64,000 bases of DNA, taken from the NCBI GenBank assembly GCA_964016885.1, contig OZ024740.1, positions 50,716,001-50,780,000 on the forward strand, in the 5' to 3' direction. A program made the position numbers and the translations under genes. Each line of letters begins with the position of its first letter. Positions within the stretch are counted from its first letter, which is position 1. Source of the stretch: Eledone cirrhosa (Eukaryota). Positions 1 through 15,000 of this stretch are shown piece by piece. Below the pieces are notes generated by a model, which did no database searches, had not been told where the DNA came from, and saw only the letters and a program-made list of their open reading frames with translations.

Positions 1-3000
1 GTCATTACAAAAAGCATCTAGTCCACATTGTTAAGTGATCTTGTAGGTGTCATTACAAAAAGCACCTAGTCCAAACTGTAAAGTGGTCTTGTAGATGTCA
101 TTACAAAAAGCACCCAGTCCAAACTGTAAAGTGGTCGTGTAGGTGTCATTACAAAAAGCACCTAGTCCACACTGTAAAGTGATCTTGTAGGTGTCATTAT
201 AAAAAGCATCTAGTTCACATTGTAAAGTGATCATGTAGGTGTCATTACAAAAAGCACCTAGTCCAAACTGTAAAGTGGTCTTGTAGATGTCATTACAAAA
301 AGCACCCAGTCCACACTGTAAAGTGGTCTTGTAGGTGTCATTACAAAAAGCACACAGTCCACACTCTAAAGTGGTCTTGTAGGTGTCATTACAAAAAGCA
401 CCCAGTCCACACCGTAAAGTGGTCTTGTAGGTGTCATTACAAAAAGCACCCAGTCCAATCTGTAAAGTGGTCGTGTAGGTGTCATTACAAAAAGCACCTA
501 GTCCACACTGTAAAGTGATCTTGTAGGTGTCATTATATAAACACCTAGTCCACACTGTAAAGTGATCTTGTAGGTGTCATTACAAAAAGCACCTAGTCCA
601 CATTGTAAAGTGATCTTGTAGGTGTCATTACAAAAAGCACCAAGTCCACACTGTTAAGTGGTCTTGTAGGTCTCATTACAAAAAGCATCTAGTCCACACT
701 GTAAAGTGGTCTTGTAGATATCATTACAAAAAGCACCCAGTCCAAACTGTAAAGTGATCTTGTAGGTGTCATTACAAAAAGCACCCAGTCCACACTGTAA
801 AGTGGTCTTGTAGGTGTCATTACAAAAAGCACCTAGTCCACACTGTAAAGTGATCTTGTAGGTGTCATTACAAAAAGCACCCAATCCACATTGTAAAGTG
901 GTCTTCTAAGTGTCATTACAAAAAGCACCCAGTCCACAATGTAAAGTGGTCTTGTAGGTGTCATTACAAAAAGCACCCAGTCCACACTGTAAAGTGGTCT
1001 TGTAAGTGTCTTTACAAAAAGCACCTAGTCCACACTGTAAAGTGGTATTGTAGATGTCACTACAAAAAGCACCCAGTCCAAACTGTAAAGTGGTCGTTAA
1101 GGTGTGATTACAAAAAGCATCTAGTCCACATTGTAAAGTGAAATTGTAGGTGTCATTACAAAAAGAACCTAGTCCAAACTGTAAAGTGGTCTTGTAGACG
1201 TCATTACAAAAAGCACCCAGTCCACACTGTAAAGTGGTCTTGTAGGTGTCATTACAAAAAGCACCCAGTCCACACTCTAAAGTGGTCTTGTAGGTGTCAT
1301 TACAAAAAGCACCCAGTCCACACTCTAAAGTGGTCTTGTAGGTGTCATTACAAAAAGCACCTAGTCCTCACTGTAAAGTGATCTTGTAGGTGTCATTACA
1401 AAAAGCACCTAGTCCACATTGTAAACTGATCTTGTAGGTGTCATTAAAAAAAGCACCCAGTCCACACTGTAAAGTGGTCTCGTAGGTGTCATTACAAAAA
1501 GCACCTAGTCCACACTGTAAAGTGGTCTTGTAGATGTCATTACGAAAAGCACCCAGTCCACACTGTAAAGTGGTCTTGTAGGTATCATTACAAAAAACAC
1601 CCAGTCCACACTGTAAAGTGGTCTTGTAGGTGTCATTACAAAAAGCACCCAGTCCAAACTGTAAAGTGGTCTTGTAGGTGTCATTAAAAAAAGCACCTAG
1701 TCCACACTGTAAAGTGATCTTGTAGGTGTCATTACAAAAAGCACCTAGTCCACACTGTAAAGTGATCTTGTAGGTGTCATTACAAAAAGCACCTAGTCCA
1801 CATAGTAAAGTGATCTTGTATGTGTCATTACAAAAAGCACCTAGTCCACACTGTAAAGTGATCTTGTAGGTGTCATTACAAAAAGCACCTAGTTCACACT
1901 ATAAAGTGATCTTGTAGGTGTCATTACAAAAAGCACCTAGTCCACATTGTAAAGTGATCTTGTAGGTGTCATTACAAAAAGCACCTACTCCACACGGTAA
2001 AGTGATCTTGTAGGTGTCATTACAAAAAGCACCCAGTCCACACTGTAAAGTGGTCTTGTAGGTGTCATTACAAAAAGCACCCAGTCCACACTGCAAAGTG
2101 GTCTTGTAGATGTCATTACAAAAAGCACCCAGTCCACACTGCAAAGTGGTCTTGTAGGTGTCATTACAAAAAGCACCCAGTCCACACTGTAAAGTGGTCT
2201 TGTAGGTGTCATTACAAAAAGCACCCAGTCCAAACTGTAAAGTGGTTTTGTAGGTGTCATTACAAAAAGCACCTAGTCCACACTGTAAAGTGATCTTGTA
2301 GGTGTCATTACAAAAAGCACCTAGTCCACACTGTAAAGTGATCTTGTAGGTGTCATTACAAAAAGCACCTAGTCCACATAGTAAAGTGATCTTGTATGTG
2401 TCATTACAAAAAGCACCTAGTCCACACTATAAAGTGATCTTGTAGGTGTCATTACAAAAAGCACCTAGTTCACATTGTAAAGTGATCTTGTAGGTGTCAT
2501 TACAAAAAGCACCTACTCCACACTGTAAAGTGATCTTGTAGGTGTCATTACAAAAAGCACCCAGTCCACACTGTAAAGTGGTCTTGTAGGTGTCATTACA
2601 AAAAGCACCCAGTCCACACTGCAAAGTGGTCTTGTAGATGTCATTACAAAAAGCACCCAGTCCACACTGCAAAGTGGTCTTGTAGGTGTCATTACAAAAA
2701 GCACCCAGTCCACACTGTAAAGTGGTCTTGTAGGTGTCATTACAAAAAGCACCCAGTCCAAAATGTAAAGTGGTTTTGTAGGTGTCATTACAAAAAGCAC
2801 CTAGTCCACACTGTAAAGTGATCTTGTAGGTGTCATTACAAAAAGCACCTAGTCCACACTGTAAAGTGATCTTGTAGGTGTCATTACAAAAAGCACCTAG
2901 TCCACATAGTAAAGTGATCTTGTATGTGTCATTACAAAAAGCACCTAGTCCACACTGTAAAGTGATCTTGTAGGTGTCATTACAAAAAGCACCTAGTTCA

Positions 3001-6000
3001 CATTGTAAAGTGATCTTGTAGGTGTCATTACAAAAAGCACCTACTCCACACTGTAAAGTGATCTTGTAGGTGTCATTACAAAAAGCACCCAGTCCACACT
3101 GTAAAGTGGTCTTGTAGGTGTCATTACAAAAAGCACCCAGTCCACACTGCAAAGTGGTCTTGTAGATGTCATTACAAAAAGCACCCAGTCCAATCTGTAA
3201 AGTGGTCTTGTAGGTGTCATTACAAAAAGCACCCAGTCCAAACTGTAAAGTGGTCGTGTAGGTGTCATTACAAAAAGCACCTAGTCCACACTGTAAAGTG
3301 ATCTTGTAGGTGTCATTATATAAACACCTAGTCCACACTGTAAAGTGATCTTGTAGGTGTCATTACAAAAAGCACCTAGTCCACACTGTAAAGTGATCTT
3401 GTAGGTGTCATTACAAAAAGCACCCAGTCCACACTGTAAAGTGGTCTTGTAGGTGTCATTACAAAAAGCACCTGTAAAGTGATCTTCTAGGTGTCATTAC
3501 AAAAAGCACCTAGTCCACACTGTAAAGTGGTCTTGTAGGTGTCATTACAAAAAGCACCCAGTCAAAACTGTAAAGTGGTCGTGTAGGTGTCATTACAAAA
3601 AGCATCTAGTCCACATTGTAAAGTGATCTTGTAGGTGTCATTACAAAAAGCACCTAGTCCAAACTGTAAAGTGGTCTTGTAGATGTCATTACAAAAAGCA
3701 CCCAGTCCACACTGTAAAGTGGTCTTGTAGGTGTCATTACAAAAAGCACCCAGTCAAAACTGTAAAGTGGTCGTGTAGGTGTCATTACAAAAAGCATCTA
3801 GTCCACATTGTTAAGTGATCTTGTAGGTGTCATTACAAAAAGCACCTAGTCCAAACTGTAAAGTGGTCTTGTAGATGTCATTACAAAAAGCACCCAGTCC
3901 AAACTGTAAAGTGGTCGTGTAGGTGTCATTACAAAAAGCACCTAGTCCACACTGTAAAGTGATCTTGTAGGTGTCATTATAAAAAGCATCTAGTTCACAT
4001 TGTAAAGTGATCTTGTAGGTGTCATTACAAAAAGCACCTAGTCCAAACTGTAAAGTGGTCTTGTAGATGTCATTACAAAAAGCACCTAGTCCACACTGTA
4101 AAGTGATCTTGTAGGTGTCATTACAAAAAGCACCCAATCCACATTGTAAAGTGGTCTTCTAAGTGTCATTACAAAAAGCACCCAGTCCACAATGTAAAGT
4201 GGTCTTGTAGGTGTCATTACAAAAAGCACCCAGTCCACACTGTAAAGTGGTCTTGTAAGTGTCATTACAAAAAGCACCTAGTCCACACTGTAAAGTGGTA
4301 TTGTAGATGTCACTACAAAAAGCACCCAGTCCAAACTGTAAAGTGGTCGTTAAGGTGTGATTACAAAAAGCATCTAGTCCACATTGTAAAGTGAAATTGT
4401 AGGTGTCATTACAAAAAGAACCTAGTCCAAACTGTAAAGTGGTCTTGTAGACGTCATTACAAAAAGCACCCAGTCCACACTGTAAAGTGGTCTTGTAGGT
4501 GTTATTACAAAAAGCACCCAGTCCACACTCTAAAGTGGTCTTGTAGGTGTCATTACAAAAAGCACCCAGTCCACACTCTAAAGTGGTCTTGTAGGTGTCA
4601 TTACAAAAAGCACCTAGTCCTCACTGTAAAGTGATCTTGTAGGTGTCATTACAAAAAGCACCTAGTCCACATTGTAAACTGATCTTGTAGGTGTCATTAA
4701 AAAAAGCACCCAGTCCACACTGTAAAGTGGTCTCGTAGGTGTCATTACAAAAAGCACCTAGTCCACACTGTAAAGTGGTCTTGTAGATGTCATTACGAAA
4801 AGCACCCAGTCCACACTGTAAAGTGGTCTTGTAGGTATCATTACAAAAAACACCCAGTCCACACTGTAAAGTGGTCTTGTAGGTGTCATTACAAAAAGCA
4901 CCCAGTCCAAACTGTAAAGTGGTCTTGTAGGTGTCATTAAAAAAAGCACCTAGTCCACACTGTAAAGTGATCTTGTAGGTGTCATTACAAAAAGCACCTA
5001 GTCCACACTGTAAAGTGATCTTGTAGGTGTCATTACAAAAAGCACCTAGTCCACATAGTAAAGTGATCTTGTATGTGTCATTACAAAAAGCACCTAGTCC
5101 ACACTGTAAAGTGATCTTGTAGGTGTCATTACAAAAAGCACCTAGTTCACACTATAAAGTGATCTTGTAGGTGTCATTACAAAAAGCACCTAGTCCACAT
5201 TGTAAAGTGATCTTGTAGGTGTCATTACAAAAAGCACCTACTCCACACGGTAAAGTGATCTTGTAGGTGTCATTACAAAAAGCACCCAGTCCACACTGTA
5301 AAGTGGTCTTGTAGGTGTCATTACAAAAAGCACCCAGTCCACACTGCAAAGTGGTCTTGTAGATGTCATTACAAAAAGCACCCAGTCCACACTGCAAAGT
5401 GGTCTTGTAGGTGTCATTACAAAAAGCACCCAGTCCACACTGTAAAGTGGTCTTGTAGGTGTCATTACAAAAAGCACCCAGTCCAAACTGTAAAGTGGTT
5501 TTGTAGGTGTCATTACAAAAAGCACCTAGTCCACACTGTAAAGTGATCTTGTAGGTGTCATTACAAAAAGCACCTAGTCCACACTGTAAAGTGATCTTGT
5601 AGGTGTCATTACAAAAAGCACCTAGTCCACATAGTAAAGTGATCTTGTAGGTGTCATTACAAAAAGCACCTACTCCACACTGTAAAGTGATCTTGTAGGT
5701 GTCATTACAAAAAGCACCCAGTCCACACTGTAAAGTGGTCTTGTAGGTGTCATTACAAAAAGCACCCAGTCCACACTGCAAAGTGGTCTTGTAGATGTCA
5801 TTACAAAAAGCACCCAGTCCAATCTGTAAAGTGGTCTTGTAGGTGTCATTACAAAAAGCACCCAGTCCAAACTGTAAAGTGGTCGTGTAGGTGTCATTAC
5901 AAAAAGCACCTAGTCCACACTGTAAAGTGATCTTGTAGGTGTCATTATATAAACACCTAGTCCACACTGTAAAGTGATCTTGTAGGTGTCATTACAAAAA

Positions 6001-9000
6001 GCACCTAGTCCACACTGTAAAGTGATCTTGTAGGTGTCATTACAAAAAGCACCCAGTCCACACTGTAAAGTGGTCTTGTAGGTGTCATTACAAAAAGCAC
6101 CTGTAAAGTGATCTTCTAGGTGTCATTACAAAAAGCACCTAGTCCACACTGTAAAGTGGTCTTGTAGGTGTCATTACAAAAAGCACCCAGTCAAAACTGT
6201 AAAGTGGTCGTGTAGGTGTCATTACAAAAAGCATCTAGTCCACATTGTAAAGTGATCTTGTAGGTGTCATTACAAAAAGCACCTAGTCCAAACTGTAAAG
6301 TGGTCTTGTAGATGTCATTACAAAAAGCACCCAGTCCACACTGTAAAGTGGTCTTGTAGGTGTCATTACAAAAAGCACCCAGTCCAAACTGTAAAGTGGT
6401 CGTGTAGGTGTCATTACAAAAAGCATCTAGTCCACATTGTTAAGTGATCTTGTAGGTGTCATTACAAAAAGCACCTAGTCCAAACTGTAAAGTGGTCTTG
6501 TAGATGTCATTACAAAAAGCACCCAGTCCAAACTGTAAAGTGGTCGTGTAGGTGTCATTACAAAAAGCACCTAGTCCACACTGTAAAGTGATCTTGTAGG
6601 TGTCATTATAAAAAGCATCTAGTTCACATTGTAAAGTGATCTTGTAGGTGTCATTACAAAAAGCACCTAGTCCAAACTGTAAAGTGGTCTTGTAGATGTC
6701 ATTACAAAAAGCACCTAGTCCACACTGTAAAGTGATCTTGTAGGTGTCATTACAAAAAGCACCCAATCCACATTGTAAAGTGGTCTTCTAAGTGTCATTA
6801 CAAAAAGCACCCAGTCCACAATGTAAAGTGGTCTTGTAGGTGTCATTACAAAAAGCACCCAGTCCACACTGTAAAGTGGTCTTGTAAGTGTCATTACAAA
6901 AAGCACCTAGTCCACACTGTAAAGTGGTATTGTAGATGTCACTACAAAAAGCACCCAGTCCAAACTGTAAAGTGGTCGTTAAGGTGTGATTACAAAAAGC
7001 ATCTAGTCCACATTGTAAAGTGAAATTGTAGGTGTCATTACAAAAAGAACCTAGTCCAAACTGTAAAGTGGTCTTGTAGACGTCATTACAAAAAGCACCC
7101 AGTCCACACTGTAAAGTGGTCTTGTAGGTGTTATTACAAAAAGCACCCAGTCCACACTCTAAAGTGGTCTTGTAGGTGTCATTACAAAAAGCACCCAGTC
7201 CACACTCTAAAGTGGTCTTGTAGGTGTCATTACAAAAAGCACCTAGTCCTCACTGTAAAGTGATCTTGTAGGTGTCATTACAAAAAGCACCTAGTCCACA
7301 TTGTAAACTGATCTTGTAGGTGTCATTAAAAAAAGCACCCAGTCCACACTGTAAAGTGGTCTCGTAGGTGTCATTACAAAAAGCACCTAGTCCACACTGT
7401 AAAGTGGTCTTGTAGATGTCATTACGAAAAGCACCCAGTCCACACTGTAAAGTGGTCTTGTAGGTATCATTACAAAAAACACCCAGTCCACACTGTAAAG
7501 TGGTCTTGTAGGTGTCATTACAAAAAGCACCCAGTCCAAACTGTAAAGTGGTCTTGTAGGTGTCATTAAAAAAAGCACCTAGTCCACACTGTAAAGTGAT
7601 CTTGTAGGTGTCATTACAAAAAGCACCTAGTCCACACTGTAAAGTGATCTTGTAGGTGTCATTACAAAAAGCACCTAGTCCACATAGTAAAGTGATCTTG
7701 TATGTGTCATTACAAAAAGCACCTAGTCCACACTGTAAAGTGATCTTGTAGGTGTCATTACAAAAAGCACCTAGTTCACACTATAAAGTGATCTTGTAGG
7801 TGTCATTACAAAAAGCACCTAGTCCACATTGTAAAGTGATCTTGTAGGTGTCATTACAAAAAGCACCTACTCCACACGGTAAAGTGATCTTGTAGGTGTC
7901 ATTACAAAAAGCACCCAGTCCACACTGTAAAGTGGTCTTGTAGGTGTCATTACAAAAAGCACCCAGTCCACACTGCAAAGTGGTCTTGTAGATGTCATTA
8001 CAAAAAGCACCCAGTCCACACTGCAAAGTGGTCTTGTAGGTGTCATTACAAAAAGCACCCAGTCCACACTGTAAAGTGGTCTTGTAGGTGTCATTACAAA
8101 AAGCACCCAGTCCAAACTGTAAAGTGGTTTTGTAGGTGTCATTACAAAAAGCACCTAGTCCACACTGTAAAGTGATCTTGTAGGTGTCATTACAAAAAGC
8201 ACCTAGTCCACACTGTAAAGTGATCTTGTAGGTGTCATTACAAAAAGCACCTAGTCCACATAGTAAAGTGATCTTGTATGTGTCATTACAAAAAGCACCT
8301 AGTCCACACTATAAAGTGATCTTGTAGGTGTCATTACAAAAAGCACCTAGTTCACATTGTAAAGTGATCTTGTAGGTGTCATTACAAAAAGCACCTACTC
8401 CACACTGTAAAGTGATCTTGTAGGTGTCATTACAAAAAGCACCCAGTCCACACTGTAAAGTGGTCTTGTAGGTGTCATTACAAAAAGCACCCAGTCCACA
8501 CTGCAAAGTGGTCTTGTAGATGTCATTACAAAAAGCACCCAGTCCACACTGCAAAGTGGTCTTGTAGGTGTCATTACAAAAAGCACCCAGTCCACACTGT
8601 AAAGTGGTCTTGTAGGTGTCATTACAAAAAGCACCCAGTCCAAAATGTAAAGTGGTTTTGTAGGTGTCATTACAAAAAGCACCTAGTCCACACTGTAAAG
8701 TGATCTTGTAGGTGTCATTACAAAAAGCACCTAGTCCACACTGTAAAGTGATCTTGTAGGTGTCATTACAAAAAGCACCTAGTCCACATAGTAAAGTGAT
8801 CTTGTATGTGTCATTACAAAAAGCACCTAGTCCACACTGTAAAGTGATCTTGTAGGTGTCATTACAAAAAGCACCTAGTTCACATTGTAAAGTGATCTTG
8901 TAGGTGTCATTACAAAAAGCACCTACTCCACACTGTAAAGTGATCTTGTAGGTGTCATTACAAAAAGCACCCAGTCCACACTGTAAAGTGGTCTTGTAGG

Positions 9001-12000
9001 TGTCATTACAAAAAGCACCCAGTCCACACTGCAAAGTGGTCTTGTAGATGTCATTACAAAAAGCACCCAGTCCAATCTGTAAAGTGGTCTTGTAGGTGTC
9101 ATTACAAAAAGCACCCAGTCCAAACTGTAAAGTGGTCGTGTAGGTGTCATTACAAAAAGCACCTAGTCCACACTGTAAAGTGATCTTGTAGGTGTCATTA
9201 TATAAACACCTAGTCCACACTGTAAAGTGATCTTGTAGGTGTCATTACAAAAAGCACCTAGTCCACACTGTAAAGTGATCTTGTAGGTGTCATTACAAAA
9301 AGCACCCAGTCCACACTGTAAAGTGGTCTTGTAGGTGTCATTACAAAAAGCACCTGTAAAGTGATCTTCTAGGTGTCATTACAAAAAGCACCTAGTCCAC
9401 ACTGTAAAGTGGTCTTGTAGGTGTCATTACAAAAAGCACCCAGTCAAAACTGTAAAGTGGTCGTGTAGGTGTCATTACAAAAAGCATCTAGTCCACATTG
9501 TAAAGTGATCTTGTAGGTGTCATTACAAAAAGCACCTAGTCCAAACTGTAAAGTGGTCTTGTAGATGTCATTACAAAAAGCACCCAGTCCACACTGTAAA
9601 GTGGTCTTGTAGGTGTCATTACAAAAAGCACCCAGTCAAAACTGTAAAGTGGTCGTGTAGGTGTCATTACAAAAAGCATCTAGTCCACATTGTTAAGTGA
9701 TCTTGTAGGTGTCATTACAAAAAGCACCTAGTCCAAACTGTAAAGTGGTCTTGTAGATGTCATTACAAAAAGCACCCAGTCCAAACTGTAAAGTGGTCGT
9801 GTAGGTGTCATTACAAAAAGCACCTAGTCCACACTGTAAAGTGATCTTGTAGGTGTCATTATAAAAAGCATCTAGTTCACATTGTAAAGTGATCTTGTAG
9901 GTGTCATTACAAAAAGCACCTAGTCCAAACTGTAAAGTGGTCTTGTAGATGTCATTACAAAAAGCACCGAGTCCACACTGTAAAGTGGTCTTGTAGGTGT
10001 CATTACAAAAAGCACACAGTCCACACTCTAAAGTGGTCTTGTAGGTGTCATTACAAAAAGCACCCAGTCCACACCGTAAAGTGGTCTTGTAGGTGTCATT
10101 ACAAAAAGCACCCAGTCCAATCTGTAAAGTGGTCTTGTAGGTGTCATTACAAAAAGCACCCAGTCCAAACTGTAAAGTGGTCGTGTAGGTGTCATTACAA
10201 AAAGCACCTAGTCCACACTGTAAAGTGATCTTGTAGGTGTCATTATATAAAAACCTAGTCCACACTGTAAAGTGATCTTGTAGGTGTCATTACAAAAAGC
10301 ACCTAGTCCACATTGTAAAGTGATCTTGTAGGTGTCATTACAAAAAGCACCAAGTCCACACTGTTAAGTGGTCTTGTAGGTGTCATTACAAAAAGCATCT
10401 AGTCCACACTGTAAAGTGGTCTTGTAGATATCATTACAAAAAGCACCCAGTCCAAACTGTAAAGTGATCTTGTAGGTGTCATTACAAAAAGCACCCAGTC
10501 CACACTGTAAAGTGGTCTTGTAGGTGTCATTACAAAAAGTACCTAGTCCACACTGTAAAGTGATCTTGTAGGTGTCATTACAAAAAGCACCCAATCCACA
10601 TTGTAAAGTGGTCTTCTAAGTGTCATTACAAAAAGCACCCAGTCCACAATGTAAAGTGGTCTTGTAGGTGTCATTACAAAAAGCACCCAGTCCACACTGT
10701 AAAGTGGTCTTGTAAGTGTCATTACAAAAAGCACCTAGTCCACACTGTAAAGTGGTATTGTAGATGTCACTACAAAAAGCACCCAGTCCAAACTGTAAAG
10801 TGGTCGTTAAGGTGTGATTACAAAAAGCATCTAGTCCACATTGTAAAGTGAAATTGTAGGTGTCATTACAAAAAGAACCTAGTCCAAACTGTAAAGTGGT
10901 CTTGTAGACGTCATTACAAAAAGCACCCAGTCCACACTGTAAAGTGGTCTTGTAGGTGTCATTACAAAAAGCACCCAGTCCACACTCTAAAGTGGTCTTG
11001 TAGGTGTCATTACAAAAAGCACCCAGTCCACACTCTAAAGTGGTCTTGTAGGTGTCATTACAAAAAGCACCTAGTCCTCACTGTAAAGTGATCTTGTAGG
11101 TGTCATTACAAAAAGCACCTAGTCCACATTGTAAACTGATCTTGTAGGTGTCATTAAAAAAAGCACCCAGTCCACACTGTAAAGTGGTCTCGTAGGTGTC
11201 ATTACAAAAAGCACCTAGTCCACACTGTAAAGTGGTCTTGTAGATGTCATTACAAAAAGCACCCAGTCCACACTGTAAAGTGGTCTTGTAGGTATCATTA
11301 CAAAAAACACCCAGTCCACACTGTAAAGTGGTCTTGTAGGTGTCATTACAAAAAGCACCCAGTCCAAACTGTAAAGTGGTCTTGTAGGTGTCATTAAAAA
11401 AAGCACCTAGTCCACACTGTAAAGTGATCTTGTAGGTGTCATTACAAAAAGCACCTAGTCCACACTGTAAAGTGATCTTGTAGGTGTCATTACAAAAAGC
11501 ACCTAGTCCACATAGTAAAGTGATCTTGTATGTGTCATTACAAAAAGCACCTAGTCGACACTGTAAAGTGATCTTGTAGGTGTCATTACAAAAAGCACCT
11601 AGTTCACACTATAAAGTGATCTTGTAGGTGTCATTACAAAAAGCACCTAGTCCACATTGTAAAGTGATCTTGTAGGTGTCATTACAAAAAGCACCTACTC
11701 CACACGGTAAAGTGATCTTGTAGGTGTCATTACAAAAAGCACCCAGTCCACACTGTAAAGTGGTCTTGTAGGTGTCATTACAAAAAGCACCCAGTCCACA
11801 CTGCAAAGTGGTCTTGTAGATGTCATTACAAAAAGCACCCAGTCCACACTGCAAAGTGGTCTTGTAGGTGTCATTACAAAAAGCACCCAGTCCACACTGT
11901 AAAGTGGTCTTGTAGGTGTCATTACAAAAAGCACCCAGTCCAAACTGTAAAGTGGTTTTGTAGGTGTCATTACAAAAAGCACCTAGTCCACACTGTAAAG

Positions 12001-15000
12001 TGATCTTGTAGGTGTCATTACAAAAAGCACCTAGTCCACACTGTAAAGTGATCTTGTAGGTGTCATTACAAAAAGCACCTAGTCCACATAGTAAAGTGAT
12101 CTTGTATGTGTCATTACAAAAAGCACCTAGTCCACACTGTAAAGTGATCTTGTAGGTGTCATTACAAAAAGCACCTAGTTCACATTGTAAAGTGATCTTG
12201 TAGGTGTCATTACAAAAAGCACCTACTCCACACTGTAAAGTGATCTTGTAGGTGTCATTACAAAAAGCACCCAGTCCACACTGTAAAGTGGTCTTGTAGG
12301 TGTCATTACAAAAAGCACCCAGTCCACACTGCAAAGTGGTCTTGTAGATGTCATTACAAAAAGCACCCAGTCCACACTGCAAAGTGGTCTTGTAGGTGTC
12401 ATTACAAAAAGCACCCAGTCCACACTGTAAAGTGGTCTTGTAGGTGTCATTACAAAATGCACCTAGTCCACACTGTAAAGTGGTCTTGTAGATGTCATTA
12501 CAAAAAGCACCCAGTCCACACTGCAAAGTGGTCTTGTAGGTGTCATTACAAAAAGCACCCAGTCCACACTCTAAAGTGGTCTTGTAGGTGTCATTACAAA
12601 AAGCACTCAGTCCACACTCTAAAGTGGTCTTGTAGGTGTCATTACAAAAAGCACCTAGTCCTCACTGTAAAGTGATCTTGTAGGTGTCATTACAAAAAGC
12701 ACCTAGTCCACATTGTAAACTGATCTTGTAGGTGTCATTAAAAAAAGCACCCAGTCCACACTGTAAAGTGGTCTCGTAGGCGTCATTACAAAAAGCACCT
12801 AGTCCACACTGTAAAGTGGTCTTGTAGATGTCATTACAAAAAGCACCCAGTCCACACTGTAAAGTGGTCTTGTAGGTATCATTACAAAAAGCACCCAGTC
12901 CAAACTGTAAAGTGGTCTTGTAGGTGTCATTAAAAAAAGCACCTAGTCCACACTGTAAAGTGATCTTGTAGGTGTCATTACAAAAAGCACCTAGTCCACA
13001 CTGTAAAGTGATCTTGTAGGTGTCATTACAAAAAGCACCTAGTCCACATAGTAAAGTGATCTTGTATGTGTCATTACAAAAAGCACCTAGTCCACACTGT
13101 AAAGTGATCTTGTAGGTGTCATTACAAAAAGCACCTAGTTCACACTATAAAGTGATCTTGTAGGTGTCATTACAAAAAGCACCTAGTCCACATTGTAAAG
13201 TGATCTTGTAGGTGTCATTACAAAAAGCACCTACTCCACACGGTAAAGTGATCTTGTAGGTGTCATTACAAAAAGCACCCAGTCCACACTGTAAAGTGGT
13301 CTTGTAGGTGTCATTACAAAAATCACCCAGTCCACACTGCAAAGTGGTCTTGTAGATGTCATTACAAAAAGCACCCAGTCCACACTGCAAAGTGGTCTTG
13401 TAGGTGTCATTACAAAAAGCACCCAGTCCACACTGTAAAGTGGTCTTGTAGGTGTCATTACAAAAAGCACCCAGTCCAAACTGTAAAGTGGTTTTGTAGG
13501 TGTCATTACAAAAAGCACCTAGTCCACACTGTAAAGTGATCTTGTAGGTGTCATTACAAAAAGCACCTAGTCCACACTGTAAAGTGATCTTGTAGGTGTC
13601 ATTACAAAAAGCACCTAGTCCACATAGTAAAGTGATCTTGTATGTGTCATTACAAAAAGCACCTAGTCCACACTGTAAAGTGATCTTGTAGGTGTCATTA
13701 CAAAAAGCACCTAGTTCACATTGTAAAGTGATCTTGTAGGTGTCATTACAAAAAGCACCTACTCCACACTGTAAAGTGATCTTGTAGGTGTCATTACAAA
13801 AAGCACCCAGTCCACACTGTAAAGTGGTCTTGTAGGTGTCATTACAAAAAGCACCCAGTCCACACTGCAAAGTGGTCTTGTAGATGTCATTACAAAAAGC
13901 ACCCAGTCCACACTGCGAAGTGGTCTTGTAGGTGTCATTACAAAAAGCACCCAGTCCACACTGTAAAGTGGTCTTGTAGGTGTCATTACAAAATGCACCA
14001 AGTCCACACTGTAAAGTGGTCTTGTAGATGTCATTACAAAAAGCACCCAGTCCACACTGCAAAGTGGTCTTGTAGTTGTCATTACAAAAAGCACCCAGTC
14101 CACACTGGAAAGTGGTCTTGTAGGTGTCATTACAAAATGCACCTAGTCCACACTGTAAAGTGGTCTTGTAGATGTCATTACAAAAAGCACCCAGTCCACA
14201 CTGCACAGTGATTTTGTAGGTGTCATTACAAAAAGCACCCAGTCCACACTGCAAAGTGGTCTTGTAGGTGTTATTACAAAAAGCACCCAGTCCACACTGT
14301 AAAGTGATCTTGTAGGTGTCATTACAAAAAGCACCAAGTCCACTCTGTTAAGTGGTCTTGTAGGTGTCATTACAAAAAGCACCCAATCCACATTGTAAAG
14401 TGGTCTTGTAGGTGCCATTACAAAAAGCACCTAGTCCACACTGTAAAGTGATCTTCTAGGTGTCATTACAAAAAGCACCCAGTCCACACTGTAAAGTGGT
14501 CTTGTAGGTGTCATTACAAAAAGCACCCAGTCCACACTGTAAAGTGCTCTTGTAGGTGTCATTAGAGAAAGCACCTAGTTCACACTGTAAAGTGATCTTC
14601 TAGGTGTCATTACAAAAAGCACCCAGTCCACACTGTAAAGTGGTCTTGTAGATGTCATTACAAAATGCACCTAGTCCACACTGTAAAGTGGTCTTGTAGA
14701 TGTCATTACAAAATGCACCTAATCCACACTGTAAAGTGGTTTTGTAGGTGTCATTACAAAAAGCACCCAGTCCACACTGTAAAGTGGTCTTGTAGGTGTC
14801 ATTACAAAAAGCACCTAGTCCACACTGTAAAGTGATCTTCTAGGTGTCATTACAAAAAGCACCTAGTCCACACTGTAAAGTGATCTTCTAGGTGTCATTA
14901 CAAAAAGCACCCAGTACACACTGTAAAGTGGTCTTGTAGGTGTCATTACAAAAAGCACCTAGTCCACACTGTAAAGTGATCTTCTAGGTGTCATTACAAA